From Candidatus Polarisedimenticolia bacterium (GTDB lineage: Bacteria > Acidobacteriota > Polarisedimenticolia > SMYD01): a stretch of DNA of 50,769 bases. The position numbers were made by a program, and so were the translations under genes. The stretch covers positions 1-50,769 of the forward strand of contig JBFGDW010000001.1 in assembly GCA_041580435.1 (NCBI GenBank), in the 5' to 3' direction. Shown here one piece after another: positions 18,412-28,226 of the stretch. Numbering within the stretch: the stretch's first letter is position 1; each line of letters begins with the position of its first letter. The notes under the pieces are model-generated. The model saw only the letters and a program-made list of their open reading frames with translations, made no database searches and was not told the origin of the DNA.

Positions 18412-19313
18412 CGCCGGCGGCCCCGAACCAGCGGGGGGGCGAACTCCACGACCAGCCCCGCCAGCACCAGCCCTGCCCCCAGGTAGAAGGTCCCGCGCGG
18501 GGCCTCGGCGAAGAGCCAGGCAGCGTAGGAGGTGGAGAGGATCGGCTCTCCGGCCAGCGACAGGTTCACCGCCGGCGCGGGAAGATGGCGGACGGCCAGG
18601 TTGAGCAGGCCGTGGCCAGCCAGATGGGGGCCCGCCGCCAGCCCCGCCAGGGCCGCCCAGGTGGCGCCGGGATAGCCCCACAGGGGGATCCCGCCAACAA
18701 CGCAGACCGCCAGCAGGACCAGGCAAGCCGTGGCGTTGACCCGCCAGAAGTAGCGCGCCAGCGAGCCACGCCCGCGGGCGCGGCGGCCCAGGATCAGGTA
18801 GACGGCGGCAGCTCCTGCGGCGGCCAGGGCCATGAGGTCCCCCAGCACCGCCCGCGCCCCGCCGGCGTGGTCGCCGGCGGCGATGACCACCGCCCCGGAG
18901 ACCGACAGCGCCGCCGCGCCCCAGGTCCGCCGCGGCGGCGGCTCACCCAGCAGGGGTCCCGCCAGGAAGGCGGCGAACAGCGGCTGGGTGCTCACCAGCA
19001 TGACACTGCTGGCCACGCTGGTCAGGAACAGGGAGCTGATCCAGAGGGCGAAGTGCGCCGCCAGCAGGAGCCCGGCGGCGCCCACGAGCCACGGCGATGG
19101 GCCGGGGGTGGACTGCGGCCGGAGCAGGGCGAGGGGGGTGAGGAGGACCACGGCCAGGGCCAGGCGCCAGTAGGCGATGGCCAGGGGGTGAGCCTGGGCC
19201 AGGCGGATGAGGATGGCCGCCCAGGAGACGGCCACCACCGCCACGGCTAGGCTGGCCAGGGCGATCCCCCTGGCGGGAGCGGTCCCTCCCGGCCCGGCGT
19301 CCTCAGCCGGCAA
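18408..19313 (-). CDS. EamA/DMT-family transporter
   Basis: About ten hydrophobic helices arranged as two EamA repeats (SWAAILIRLA..., ALAAAGAAAVYLILGRR...). The start is uncertain: TTG 19313 (11-nt overlap with the upstream gene) or GTG 19244. Confidence 0.75.
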   Translation of the reverse strand: MPAEDAGPGGTAPARGIALASLAVAVVAVSWAAILIRLAQAHPLAIAYWRLALAVVLLTPLALLRPQSTPGPSPWLVGAAGLLLAAHFALWISSLFLTSVASSVMLVSTQPLFAAFLAGPLLGEPPPRRTWGAAALSVSGAVVIAAGDHAGGARAVLGDLMALAAAGAAAVYLILGRRARGRGSLARYFWRVNATACLVLLAVCVVGGIPLWGYPGATWAALAGLAAGPHLAGHGLLNLAVRHLPAPAVNLSLAGEPILSTSYAAWLFAEAPRGTFYLGAGLVLAGLVVEFAPPLVRGRRR

Positions 19314-20130
19314 GGGAGTGAAAGAGATCCCGGCGCAGGTCGCGGAGGAACGGGCGGCGGCGGCGCGCCGCGGCGACCCGGGAGGGATCCACCTCCCCCA
19401 GCGCCAGATCGGGAATGTCCGCGGCCGCCCGGACCAGGATTTCGCCGTCGGGCCCGGTGAGGAACGACCGTCCCGCAAAGCGCAGGACCTCCTCCTGCCC
19501 GACCCGGTTGCAGAGCGCCACCTGGTAGCCGTGCTGGAACGAGGCCGCCTGCATCTCGACCTCGTACTGATCCAGAGGGTCGGTCACCGCGCCGGCCTGG
19601 GGGACGCAGACCACGTCGGCACCGGCAAGGCCCAGGCCGGTCATGACCGACGCGTAGTGCCGGTCATAGCAGATGGCAATCCCCACCCGCCCCGCGGCGG
19701 TGTCGAAGACCGCCGGGGGCCCCGCCGGGCCGGGCGTGTAGTACCCCTGCTCGTGGAAGCCGGGCTCCTCGGCCAGGTGCTGCATCCGAGCCACGCCCAG
19801 GATGCGCCCGTCGGCATCGATGACCGGAGAGGCGTCGTAGCACGTGCCGGACCCGGCGCGCTCGAACAGGTTGATCACCGTCACCAGTCCCAGGGCTCGC
19901 GCCTGGACAGCGATCCTTTCCGTGGTGGGGCCGGGGATGGGCTCGGCGGCGGCGAACGGCTCGGTCCGCCCCGGCTGCTGCGGGAAGAAGCGGGTGAAGG
20001 ACAGTTCGGGGAAGACGATGATCCGCGCCCCTCGGTGTGCCGCCTCGGCCATCTGCCTCAGCCCTGCCTCGAGGTTTTGCTCCCGCTCGGAGCCGGCGGC
20101 CACCTGGGCCAGTGCGATGGTGACGCTCAA
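19303..20130 (-). CDS. Carbon-nitrogen hydrolase (nitrilase superfamily) homologue, atypical active site
   Basis: IIVFPELSF (Glu block) and VGIAICYD (Cys block). TTG start at 20130, preceded by GAGGAGA. The position of the catalytic Lys reads ARMQHL (see findings). Confidence 0.8.
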   Translation of the reverse strand: MSVTIALAQVAAGSEREQNLEAGLRQMAEAAHRGARIIVFPELSFTRFFPQQPGRTEPFAAAEPIPGPTTERIAVQARALGLVTVINLFERAGSGTCYDASPVIDADGRILGVARMQHLAEEPGFHEQGYYTPGPAGPPAVFDTAAGRVGIAICYDRHYASVMTGLGLAGADVVCVPQAGAVTDPLDQYEVEMQAASFQHGYQVALCNRVGQEEVLRFAGRSFLTGPDGEILVRAAADIPDLALGEVDPSRVAAARRRRPFLRDLRRDLFHSLAG

Positions 20131-20148
20131 CGGCTCTCCTCGGGCGAC

Positions 20149-21093
20149 TCAGGGCCAGTACAGGATCACCGCCACGGTGGCGGCCCACAGCCCCACGTCG
20201 GCCAGCAGGGGGCGGTCGGTGAACAGCGTGCGGATGGGGCTCCCCCCCTCCTTGCGGTGGTGGATGAGGTAGAGGTAACGGAAGATGCCATAGAGGACGA
20301 AGGGGATGGTCAGCGGCAGGTACCCGGTCCCCAGCTTGCGCACCACGTCCTCCGACATGGTGTAGAGGCAGTAGGCCACCAGGGTGGCTGACAGGATCAG
20401 GGTGATCATCTGGTCCAGAAAGGCGATGGAATACTCCCCCAGGCTGACCCGGTGGTCCCGGGCGTCCTGCTGCAGGAGACTCAGCTCGTGGCGCCGCTTG
20501 CCGGCCACCAGGAAAAGGGCCAGCAGGAGCGTGCAGAGGATGAGCCACCGGGAGATCTCCACCGGGATCACCTCGGCCCCCGCCACGGCGCGCAGAACGA
20601 ATCCCGCGGCCACGGCCAGGACGTCCAGGATCACCACGTTCTTGAGCCCAAGGCTGTAGGCCAGGTTCAGGGTCAGGTATCCAGCGGCACACCAGACGAA
20701 CGCCACGGGCAGGGTCAGGGAGGCCGCCATGGCCCCCGCCGCCAGCAGGATGGCCGTCACCCAGGCGAGCCCGGGAGGGAGCTGGCCGGCCGCCAGCGGG
20801 CGCAGCCGCTTGACCGGGTGCAGGCGATCGCGCTCGAGATCCCGGAGATCGTTGAGGAGGTAAACCGCCCCTGACAGCGCGCAGAAGATGATGGTTGCCT
20901 CCAGCGCCCGCAGCACGGCCCCGGGATCGCCCAGCTTCTGGCCGAACAGCAAGGCGGCCAGGACCACGAGGTTCTTGATCCATTGCTCCGGGCGCAGCGC
21001 CTGGAGGAGTGCGCGCGCTGGCCGGCGGGCCGCCGCGGGCGGCGCCACCTGGGTCATGGGGCGGGTGGTCTCGTCTTGTCCAGCGTGGCTCAC
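20149..21093 (-). CDS. UbiA-family prenyl-phosphate phosphoribosyltransferase (decaprenyl-phosphate PRPP transferase-like)
   Basis: RPEQWIKNLVVLAALLF, YLLNDLRDLERDRLHP (NDxxDxxxD), polytopic, C-terminal LYLIHHRKEGGSP. These are signatures of the DPPR-synthase subfamily. GTG 21093 is preceded by GGGGAGGGG. Confidence 0.8.
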   Translation of the reverse strand: MSHAGQDETTRPMTQVAPPAAARRPARALLQALRPEQWIKNLVVLAALLFGQKLGDPGAVLRALEATIIFCALSGAVYLLNDLRDLERDRLHPVKRLRPLAAGQLPPGLAWVTAILLAAGAMAASLTLPVAFVWCAAGYLTLNLAYSLGLKNVVILDVLAVAAGFVLRAVAGAEVIPVEISRWLILCTLLLALFLVAGKRRHELSLLQQDARDHRVSLGEYSIAFLDQMITLILSATLVAYCLYTMSEDVVRKLGTGYLPLTIPFVLYGIFRYLYLIHHRKEGGSPIRTLFTDRPLLADVGLWAATVAVILYWP

Positions 21094-21140
21094 CAGCCCC
21101 TCCCCGGGAGAGAGTCCGTGTACTATACCGGCTCGATTCC

Positions 21141-21866
21141 GTGGATTCCACTCGCCAGCGGCTCGCTGTGGCGGTCCTCATCCCGGCCCTGGATGAGGAG
21201 CAGGCCCTCCCCCTGGTGCTGGCCGACCTGGCGCGCCTGGGCCTGCGCCAGGTCCTGGTGGTGGACAACGGCTCCCGCGACGGGACCGTGGCGGTGGCAC
21301 GGGGTGCGGGCGCCCGGGTGGTCTCGGAGCCCCGGCGAGGATACGGCCAGGCCTGCCAGGCTGGCCTGGCCACCCTGGCCGCTTCCCCCCCCGACGTGGT
21401 GGTCTTCATGGACGCGGACCGCAGCGATCATCCCGAGGACCTGCCGGCCCTCCTGGAGCCACTCCAGGCAGGGCGGGCCGACATGGTCCTGGGGTCGCGC
21501 ACCCTGGGTCGCGCCGAGCCGGGGGCCCTCGGCCCGCACGTCCGCTGGGGCAACCGCCTGGCCGTGGCCCTCATCCGCCTGATCACCGGCGCCCGCTTCA
21601 CCGACCTGGGGCCGCTCCGCGCCATCCGCTGGGACGCCCTGCAGGCCCTGGAGCTGGGCGACCCGGACTATGGCTGGAACGTGGAGATGCAGGTCAAGGC
21701 GGCACGCCGCGGCATGAGCTGGCTGGAGGTGCCGGTGCGCTACCGGAGGCGGGTGGGACACTCCAAGATCTCGGGGACCGTGGGGGGCACCCTCCGCGCC
21801 GGCGCCAAGATCCTCTGGTCCGTGGCTCGCCACGGCCTGGCGCCGGTCCCCACTGCGCCAGACTGA
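21141..21866 (+). CDS. GT2-family glycosyltransferase
   Basis: AVAVLIPALDEEQALPLVL, VLVVDNGSRDGT, VVFMDADRSDHPED (DxD), GSRTLG. The start is uncertain (GTG 21141 or GTG 21168). The track ORF start at 21009 lies inside the divergent UbiA gene. Confidence 0.78.
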   Translation: MDSTRQRLAVAVLIPALDEEQALPLVLADLARLGLRQVLVVDNGSRDGTVAVARGAGARVVSEPRRGYGQACQAGLATLAASPPDVVVFMDADRSDHPEDLPALLEPLQAGRADMVLGSRTLGRAEPGALGPHVRWGNRLAVALIRLITGARFTDLGPLRAIRWDALQALELGDPDYGWNVEMQVKAARRGMSWLEVPVRYRRRVGHSKISGTVGGTLRAGAKILWSVARHGLAPVPTAPD

Positions 21867-22100
21867 CACAAAAGAGGACGCCGGCGTGCCATTCCGTCAC
21901 ACCCGGGTGACGATGGGCGGATGCCGACCCCGTCACCCCGCCCGGCGCCGCTGCCGGTCCGAATCGGGAAAGTTTCGAGGGATCAACGATTTAAACGGAG
22001 ATCCATGGGAGAAACCGGAGGCACCGGGCGAGCGCCCCTGGCCTGGCACAGGGCTTGCTCTACGGAGGGGTGGTTCAAACCTCCTCCTTGCCGAACCAAC

Positions 22101-22151
22101 GGCCCCTCCGGCACGGGCGCTTCCCCCCCTGGCCGGAGGGGCCAATTTTTT
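22101..22151. terminator. Strong hairpin terminator, plus-strand T-tract; probably bidirectional
   Basis: Perfect 12-bp inverted repeat GGCCCCTCCGGC (22101..22112) / GCCGGAGGGGCC (22132..22143) with a 19-nt loop, followed by AATTTTTT (22144..22151). It lies 5 nt from the greA stop (22156), which is on the other strand. Confidence 0.7.
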
Positions 22152-22155
22152 GGCC

Positions 22156-22659
22156 TCAAACCGCGCCGTCTTCCTGGCCGCCGCCATTCTCCCCCTGCAG
22201 CTCGTGGGCGGTCTTCACCTCCACGATCTCCAGGTTTCGCATCCCCGACGGGATCCGGATACTGACCTCATCCCCCGCCTGCTTTCCCATGAGGCCGCGC
22301 CCGATGGGGGAAGCGGTGGAAATCCGCCCCTTGGCGGGGTCGGCGTCCTCGGCGATGACCAGCTCGTAGGTCAGCTCCTTGTCCGACTCCAGGTCCAGGA
22401 CCCGCACCCGGGAGCCCAGGTGGATCCTGTCGGTGGGGACCGACTCCAGGTTCAAGCGGCTCAGCTCGGAGAGCCGGCGCTGGATCTGCCCGATCCGGCT
22501 GCGGACGAAGCTCTGCCGCTCCAGGGCAGCCTTGTACTCGGCGTTCTCCCGCAGGTCGCCGAGCTCCCTGGCGACCTGGATCTCCCGGGGGAGCTCATGG
22601 CGCAGCTCCCGCTCGAGATTCCTCATCTCACCTTCCAGTCGTGACCGGATGTCCTGCAC
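22156..22659 (-). CDS. greA: Transcription elongation factor GreA
   Basis: LGDLRENAEYKAALERQ and the C-terminal SPIGRGLMGKQAGDEV block. Start taken at GTG 22659 (GAGAGGA 7 nt upstream), giving about 167 aa. The track ORF start at 22722 is probably too far upstream. Confidence 0.88.
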   Translation of the reverse strand: MQDIRSRLEGEMRNLERELRHELPREIQVARELGDLRENAEYKAALERQSFVRSRIGQIQRRLSELSRLNLESVPTDRIHLGSRVRVLDLESDKELTYELVIAEDADPAKGRISTASPIGRGLMGKQAGDEVSIRIPSGMRNLEIVEVKTAHELQGENGGGQEDGAV

Positions 22660-22720
22660 GTTGGGTCCTCTCGGTGGGGGTGGGTGGGGCGATCGCCGTG
22701 CCTGGCGCGGCTTTCCGCCC

Positions 22721-22750
22721 ATCGTAGTCCGGCCGGCCGGCGGCCGTCAA
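22721..22750 (-). promoter_or_regulatory. Candidate sigma70-type promoter of greA
   Basis: Minus strand reads TTGACG (22750..22745), an 18-nt spacer, then TACGAT (22726..22721), about 60 nt upstream of the greA start. Sequence match only. Confidence 0.4.
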
Positions 22751-22788
22751 TGACAATTCCCCTGGCGCTCCACCCCGGAAAAAGGGGA

Positions 22789-22814
22789 GGGGGGCCGCCG
22801 CTTGGCGGCCCCCC
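22789..22814 (-). terminator. Rho-independent terminator of the 22907..23332 gene
   Basis: Perfect 11-bp stem GGGGGGCCGCC / GGCGGCCCCCC with a GCTT loop. On the minus strand it is followed by TCCCCTTTTTCC. Confidence 0.65.
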
Positions 22815-22906
22815 TCGGTTGGCCTTCATCAGTGGGAGGCTGGATGAAGAATGAGTCCAGACGTGCCGTTAGGGCCAATATAGGCCCGCTCAGGCCGCCG
22901 TCAAGC

Positions 22907-23332
22907 TCAGTTCTGACCTGCGTCCAGCCTGCCCTTGCCCGGCAGCGGCAGGCCGGCAGCCCGTTCGGGGGTCAGGTGCAGCTCCACCCCCACCGGCACG
23001 CGTCCCACCAGCTCCTCGGGCTGGGGATCCCCCAGGATCGGGAGAATCCGCCCGAGCAGGTTCACAATGTCGTTTTTGAGATCGGGCTCGGCCGCCAGCA
23101 CCCGGCCCACGCCGCCCGGCTCGGCCGCCCGGGAAACCCCCTGCCCCGCCTCGGCCAGCCGCTCATCCAGCAGCGCCAGCTCGTCGGCCAGGTCGGTGCA
23201 TCCCCGCTCCACCAGCTTCTGGTCCATGACCGCCGTGCGGTCGTAGAACAGCGGCCCCAGCGGCAGCCTGGATAGGGCCTGGATGTGGCGCTCGGCCAGC
23301 GGCCCGCGGCCCGCTTTCTCCTTCTCGCCCAT
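22907..23332 (-). CDS. Hypothetical protein (no family recognised)
   Basis: ORF with balanced, non-shadow composition (MGEKEKAGRGPLAERHIQALSRLPLGPLFYDRTAVMDQKLVERGCTDLADELALLDERL...). ATG 23332 is preceded by GGGGGAGAG, and the gene has its own terminator. The track start at 23350 is an upstream in-frame GTG. Confidence 0.5.
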   Translation of the reverse strand: MGEKEKAGRGPLAERHIQALSRLPLGPLFYDRTAVMDQKLVERGCTDLADELALLDERLAEAGQGVSRAAEPGGVGRVLAAEPDLKNDIVNLLGRILPILGDPQPEELVGRVPVGVELHLTPERAAGLPLPGKGRLDAGQN

Positions 23333-23513
23333 AGCTTGTCTCTCCCCCACGCGCGGCGGCCGGTTCCCGGCCCGGCGCGGCTGTCCCTGAATCTACCGTG
23401 ACAGCCCCGGGGCGTCAAAGGAACCGTGCCCTGACCGCCGCTTCCGGGTGATAAACTGACTTTCTGAACTCGCCCTTCGGCCCAGGCCGGGGCGCACTGG
23501 GAGGCACAAGCTC

Positions 23514-23975
23514 ATGACCATGGACAAGACCCGCCTCCGGCTCCTGGTGGGGTTGGGGGTCATCCTGGCCGCCTTCGGCTACCTCTTCATGTCCGGCATG
23601 GAGGCGTCCCAGGTGTACTACCTGACGGTGAGCGAGTACCAGGACCGCGCCGCCAGCCTCGGGCCCGGCGATCCGTTCCGGGTCAGCGGCCGGGTCCGCC
23701 CGGGCAGCGTCAACCTGGCCGACAACGGCCTCGATCTTCAGTTCACGGTCTACGACCCCGCCCGGGACGATGCCCTCCTGAGCGTCGCGTACCACGGGGT
23801 CGTCCCCGACACCTTCATGGAGAACTCCGAGGTGGTGGTGGAGGGGACCATGGACGGCGCCACCTTCCAGGCCCACACGCTGCTGGCCAAGTGCCCCTCC
23901 AAGTACGAGGCCATGGCCGACGAGGAGGCGCGCAAGGAGGCGGAGGGCGGAGCCGCCCAGGGGGCCGGCAGCTAG
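23514..23975 (+). CDS. ccmE: Cytochrome c maturation haem chaperone CcmE, Cys-type (CxxxY) variant
   Basis: N-terminal TM anchor and OB-fold blocks (FRVSGRVRPGSV, VVPDTFMENSEVVVEG). The haem-binding site reads LLAKCPSKYE where canonical CcmE has LAKHDENY. Confidence 0.88.
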   Translation: MTMDKTRLRLLVGLGVILAAFGYLFMSGMEASQVYYLTVSEYQDRAASLGPGDPFRVSGRVRPGSVNLADNGLDLQFTVYDPARDDALLSVAYHGVVPDTFMENSEVVVEGTMDGATFQAHTLLAKCPSKYEAMADEEARKEAEGGAAQGAGS

Positions 23976-23979
23976 CCGC

Positions 23980-25954
<1,975 letters not shown>

Positions 25955-25968
<14 letters not shown>

Positions 25969-26449
25969 GATATCCCGGCCCGTCCTCCGCACCCTGGCAT
26001 CCGTGGTCCTGGTGGCGCTGGCGGCCCTCCCCTGCGCCCGCGCCGCCAGCGAGGACGACGTGCGCACCGTGGGCGAGCAGCTCGTCTGCTACTGCGGCTG
26101 CTCGGGCCAGACCGTGGCGGCCTGCACCTGCGGCACGGCGGATCAGATCCGCGACCGGATACGCTCCCAGCTGGACAGCGGCCTGACTCCCACCCAGGTT
26201 GTGGACGCCTGGGTCGCCGAGCGCGGTGAGCAGATCCTGGCCGTGCCCACCCGGGAGGGGTTCAACCTGGTGGGATGGGTCATGCCGTTCGTGGTGACCC
26301 TGGCCGCCCTGCTGGTGCTCACCCTGCTGCTCTGGCGCCGGCAGCGGCGCCCGGAGGTCCCCGTCCCGGCCTCGCCGGCCGCCGCGGCCCCCGAGGAGAG
26401 CCGCTACCTGGAGCAGGTGGAGCGCGGCGTGCGCGAGATCAGCCGCTGA
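25955..26449 (+). CDS. CcmH/NrfF-like protein with a non-canonical Cys-rich motif
   Basis: Starting at GTG 25955 gives the signal peptide VPRPEISRPVLRTLASVVLVALAALPCARA. Then LVCYCGCSGQTVAACTCGTADQIRDRIRSQLDSGLTPTQVVDAWVAERGEQILAVP plus a TM helix. This is the same layout as CcmH (Cys motif, helical bundle, ...YGE..L..P, TM). 14-nt overlap with ccmF. Confidence 0.6.
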
Positions 26450-26458
26450 CGAGGCCGC

Positions 26459-26791
26459 GTGGATCTTCCCCTGATCATCGTCCTGCTGGTGCTTCTGGCC
26501 GCGGCCCTGTTCATCCTGCCACCTCTTTTGCGGGAGGAGAAGGGAGAGCCGGCGGCGCCTCCGGATCCTTCCCGGGACGCCCTGGCCGAGGCCGTCTCCC
26601 GCCGCGATGCCTCCTTCGAGGCGCTGGCCGACCTGGAGTTTGACCACGCCTCCGGGAAGATCTCCACCGAGGAGTTCGCCACCCTCAAGGCCCAGTACCA
26701 GCGAGCCGCGGTGACCGCCCTCAAGGATGTGGAGGGACTGGCTCCAGGCGCGCAGGAGCCCCGGGACAGGAACGGGAACGCCGCCTCTTGA
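26459..26791 (+). CDS. Small TM protein resembling the N-terminal module of CcmI (no TPR part)
   Basis: 110 aa. N-terminal TM DLPLIIVLLVLLAAALFILPPLL, then LADLEFDHASGKISTEEFATLKAQYQRAA, like the CcmI-1 segment. GTG start preceded by GAGG. Confidence 0.5.
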   Translation: MDLPLIIVLLVLLAAALFILPPLLREEKGEPAAPPDPSRDALAEAVSRRDASFEALADLEFDHASGKISTEEFATLKAQYQRAAVTALKDVEGLAPGAQEPRDRNGNAAS

Positions 26792-27534
26792 GCGCGGCGG
26801 ACGGCACCCTTCTGCAGTTCCAGCAGGTCTTCCGGGCCTACGGGCGCATCCGGGCCCTGGCCGGCGTCGACCTGGAGGTGCGCGCCGGGGAGACCCTGGC
26901 GCTGTTCGGCGCCAATGGCGCCGGCAAGACCACCCTCCTGCGCCTGGCCGCCACGCTGCTGTCCCCCTCCTCCGGCCAGCTCTTCTTCAGGGGGCAGCCC
27001 CTGGACCGTCGCCGCCGGGCCGCTTATCGGGCCCGCCTGGGCTTCCTGGGGCACGCGAGCTTCCTGTACGACGATCTCAGCGCCCGTGAGAACCTTCTGC
27101 TCCACGCCCGCCTCCACGGCGTGACCGATGCGGGCGCCCGCGTCGACGCGCTCCTGCAGCAGGTGGGCCTTGCCGAGCGGGGCCACGACCGGGCGGCTCA
27201 CTTCTCCCGGGGCATGCAGCAGCGCCTCTCCCTGGCCCGGGCGCTGGTGGGCTCCCCGGATCTGCTGCTGCTGGACGAGCCGTTCTCGGGGCTGGACGGC
27301 CCCGGGAGCGAGATCCTGCGCCGCGCCCTGGAGGATCGCCGCCGGGAGGGGCGCTGCACGGTGCTGTCCAGCCACGACCTCCACCTGGGGCTGGCGCTGG
27401 CGGATCGCTACGTCCTGCTGGAGCGCGGGGCGGTGCGCCGGGTGTGGGACTGCGAGCCCTTGCGCGGCCTGGCGGCCCACCAGGTGAGCCTGCAGCGGCT
27501 GGCCCGGCCCGATGTGCGGGAGCCGGTGGCGTGA
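26788..27534 (+). CDS. ccmA: Haem exporter ATPase CcmA
   Basis: Walker A GANGAGKTTLL, signature SRGMQQRLSLA, Walker B LLLLDEP. The TTG start overlaps the upstream stop (TTGA at 26788..26791). Confidence 0.85.
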   Translation: MSAADGTLLQFQQVFRAYGRIRALAGVDLEVRAGETLALFGANGAGKTTLLRLAATLLSPSSGQLFFRGQPLDRRRRAAYRARLGFLGHASFLYDDLSARENLLLHARLHGVTDAGARVDALLQQVGLAERGHDRAAHFSRGMQQRLSLARALVGSPDLLLLDEPFSGLDGPGSEILRRALEDRRREGRCTVLSSHDLHLGLALADRYVLLERGAVRRVWDCEPLRGLAAHQVSLQRLARPDVREPVA

Positions 27535-28208
27535 GAACCCTGCGGGTCATCCTGCTCATCGCCGGCAAGGATCTGCGCAGCGAGATTCGCTCGCGCCAGA
27601 ACCTGGCCACCGTCCTGTTCTTCGCCCTGGTGGTGCTGGTCATCTTCCATTTCGCGTTCGACCTGGCCGACGTCTCCTTCGCCACGGTGGGGCCGGGACT
27701 CATCTGGGTGGCCATCTCCTTCGCCGGCATGCTGGGCCTGCAGAACTCCTTCGTCAGGGAGGGGGAACGGGAGGGCCTGGCCGGGCTTCTCCTCTCCTCC
27801 GGCGACCCGGCCGCCATCTACCTGGGCAAGGCGATGGCAGGTCTGGCCGCCCTCCTGGTGGCCGAGGCCCTGTTCCTGCCCGCGGCGGCCCTGCTGTTCA
27901 ATACCGACCTGCGGCCGGCGGCGTTCCCCCTGGCGGTGGTGGTGGCCGTCCACACCGCCGGTTTCAGCGCCGTGGGCACCCTCTTCGCCGCCATGGCCCT
28001 CAAGGTCCGGAGAGGCTACCTGCTCCTCCCGGTGCTGCAGTTCACGGTCACCGTGCCACTGCTCATGTCGGCGGTGAAGGCCACGGGCGGCGTCCTGGCC
28101 GCGGGCACCCTGGACGGGGCTGGCATCTGGCTGCGGGTGGGGGTCGCCTATGATATGATTTTCGTCTCCGTCGCGGCCATGCTCTTCGAGCCGCTCATCG
28201 AGGACTGA
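27531..28208 (+). CDS. ccmB: Haem exporter permease CcmB
   Basis: LIAGKDLRSEIRSRQNL..., about six TM helices, position between ccmA and ccmC. The GTG start overlaps the ccmA stop (GTGA at 27531..27534). The track ORF start at 27444 lies inside ccmA. Confidence 0.82.
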   Translation: MRTLRVILLIAGKDLRSEIRSRQNLATVLFFALVVLVIFHFAFDLADVSFATVGPGLIWVAISFAGMLGLQNSFVREGEREGLAGLLLSSGDPAAIYLGKAMAGLAALLVAEALFLPAAALLFNTDLRPAAFPLAVVVAVHTAGFSAVGTLFAAMALKVRRGYLLLPVLQFTVTVPLLMSAVKATGGVLAAGTLDGAGIWLRVGVAYDMIFVSVAAMLFEPLIED

Positions 28209-28226
28209 ACGACCGGGACGACCCCC

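Noticed and set aside
22060-22090. GGTTCAAACC, which looks like a tRNA T-loop.
   Set aside because: The flanks do not form a 5-bp T-stem with a 7-nt loop, and I could build no acceptor, D or anticodon arms. It is just a GAGGGG/CTCCTC hairpin with a 10-nt loop.
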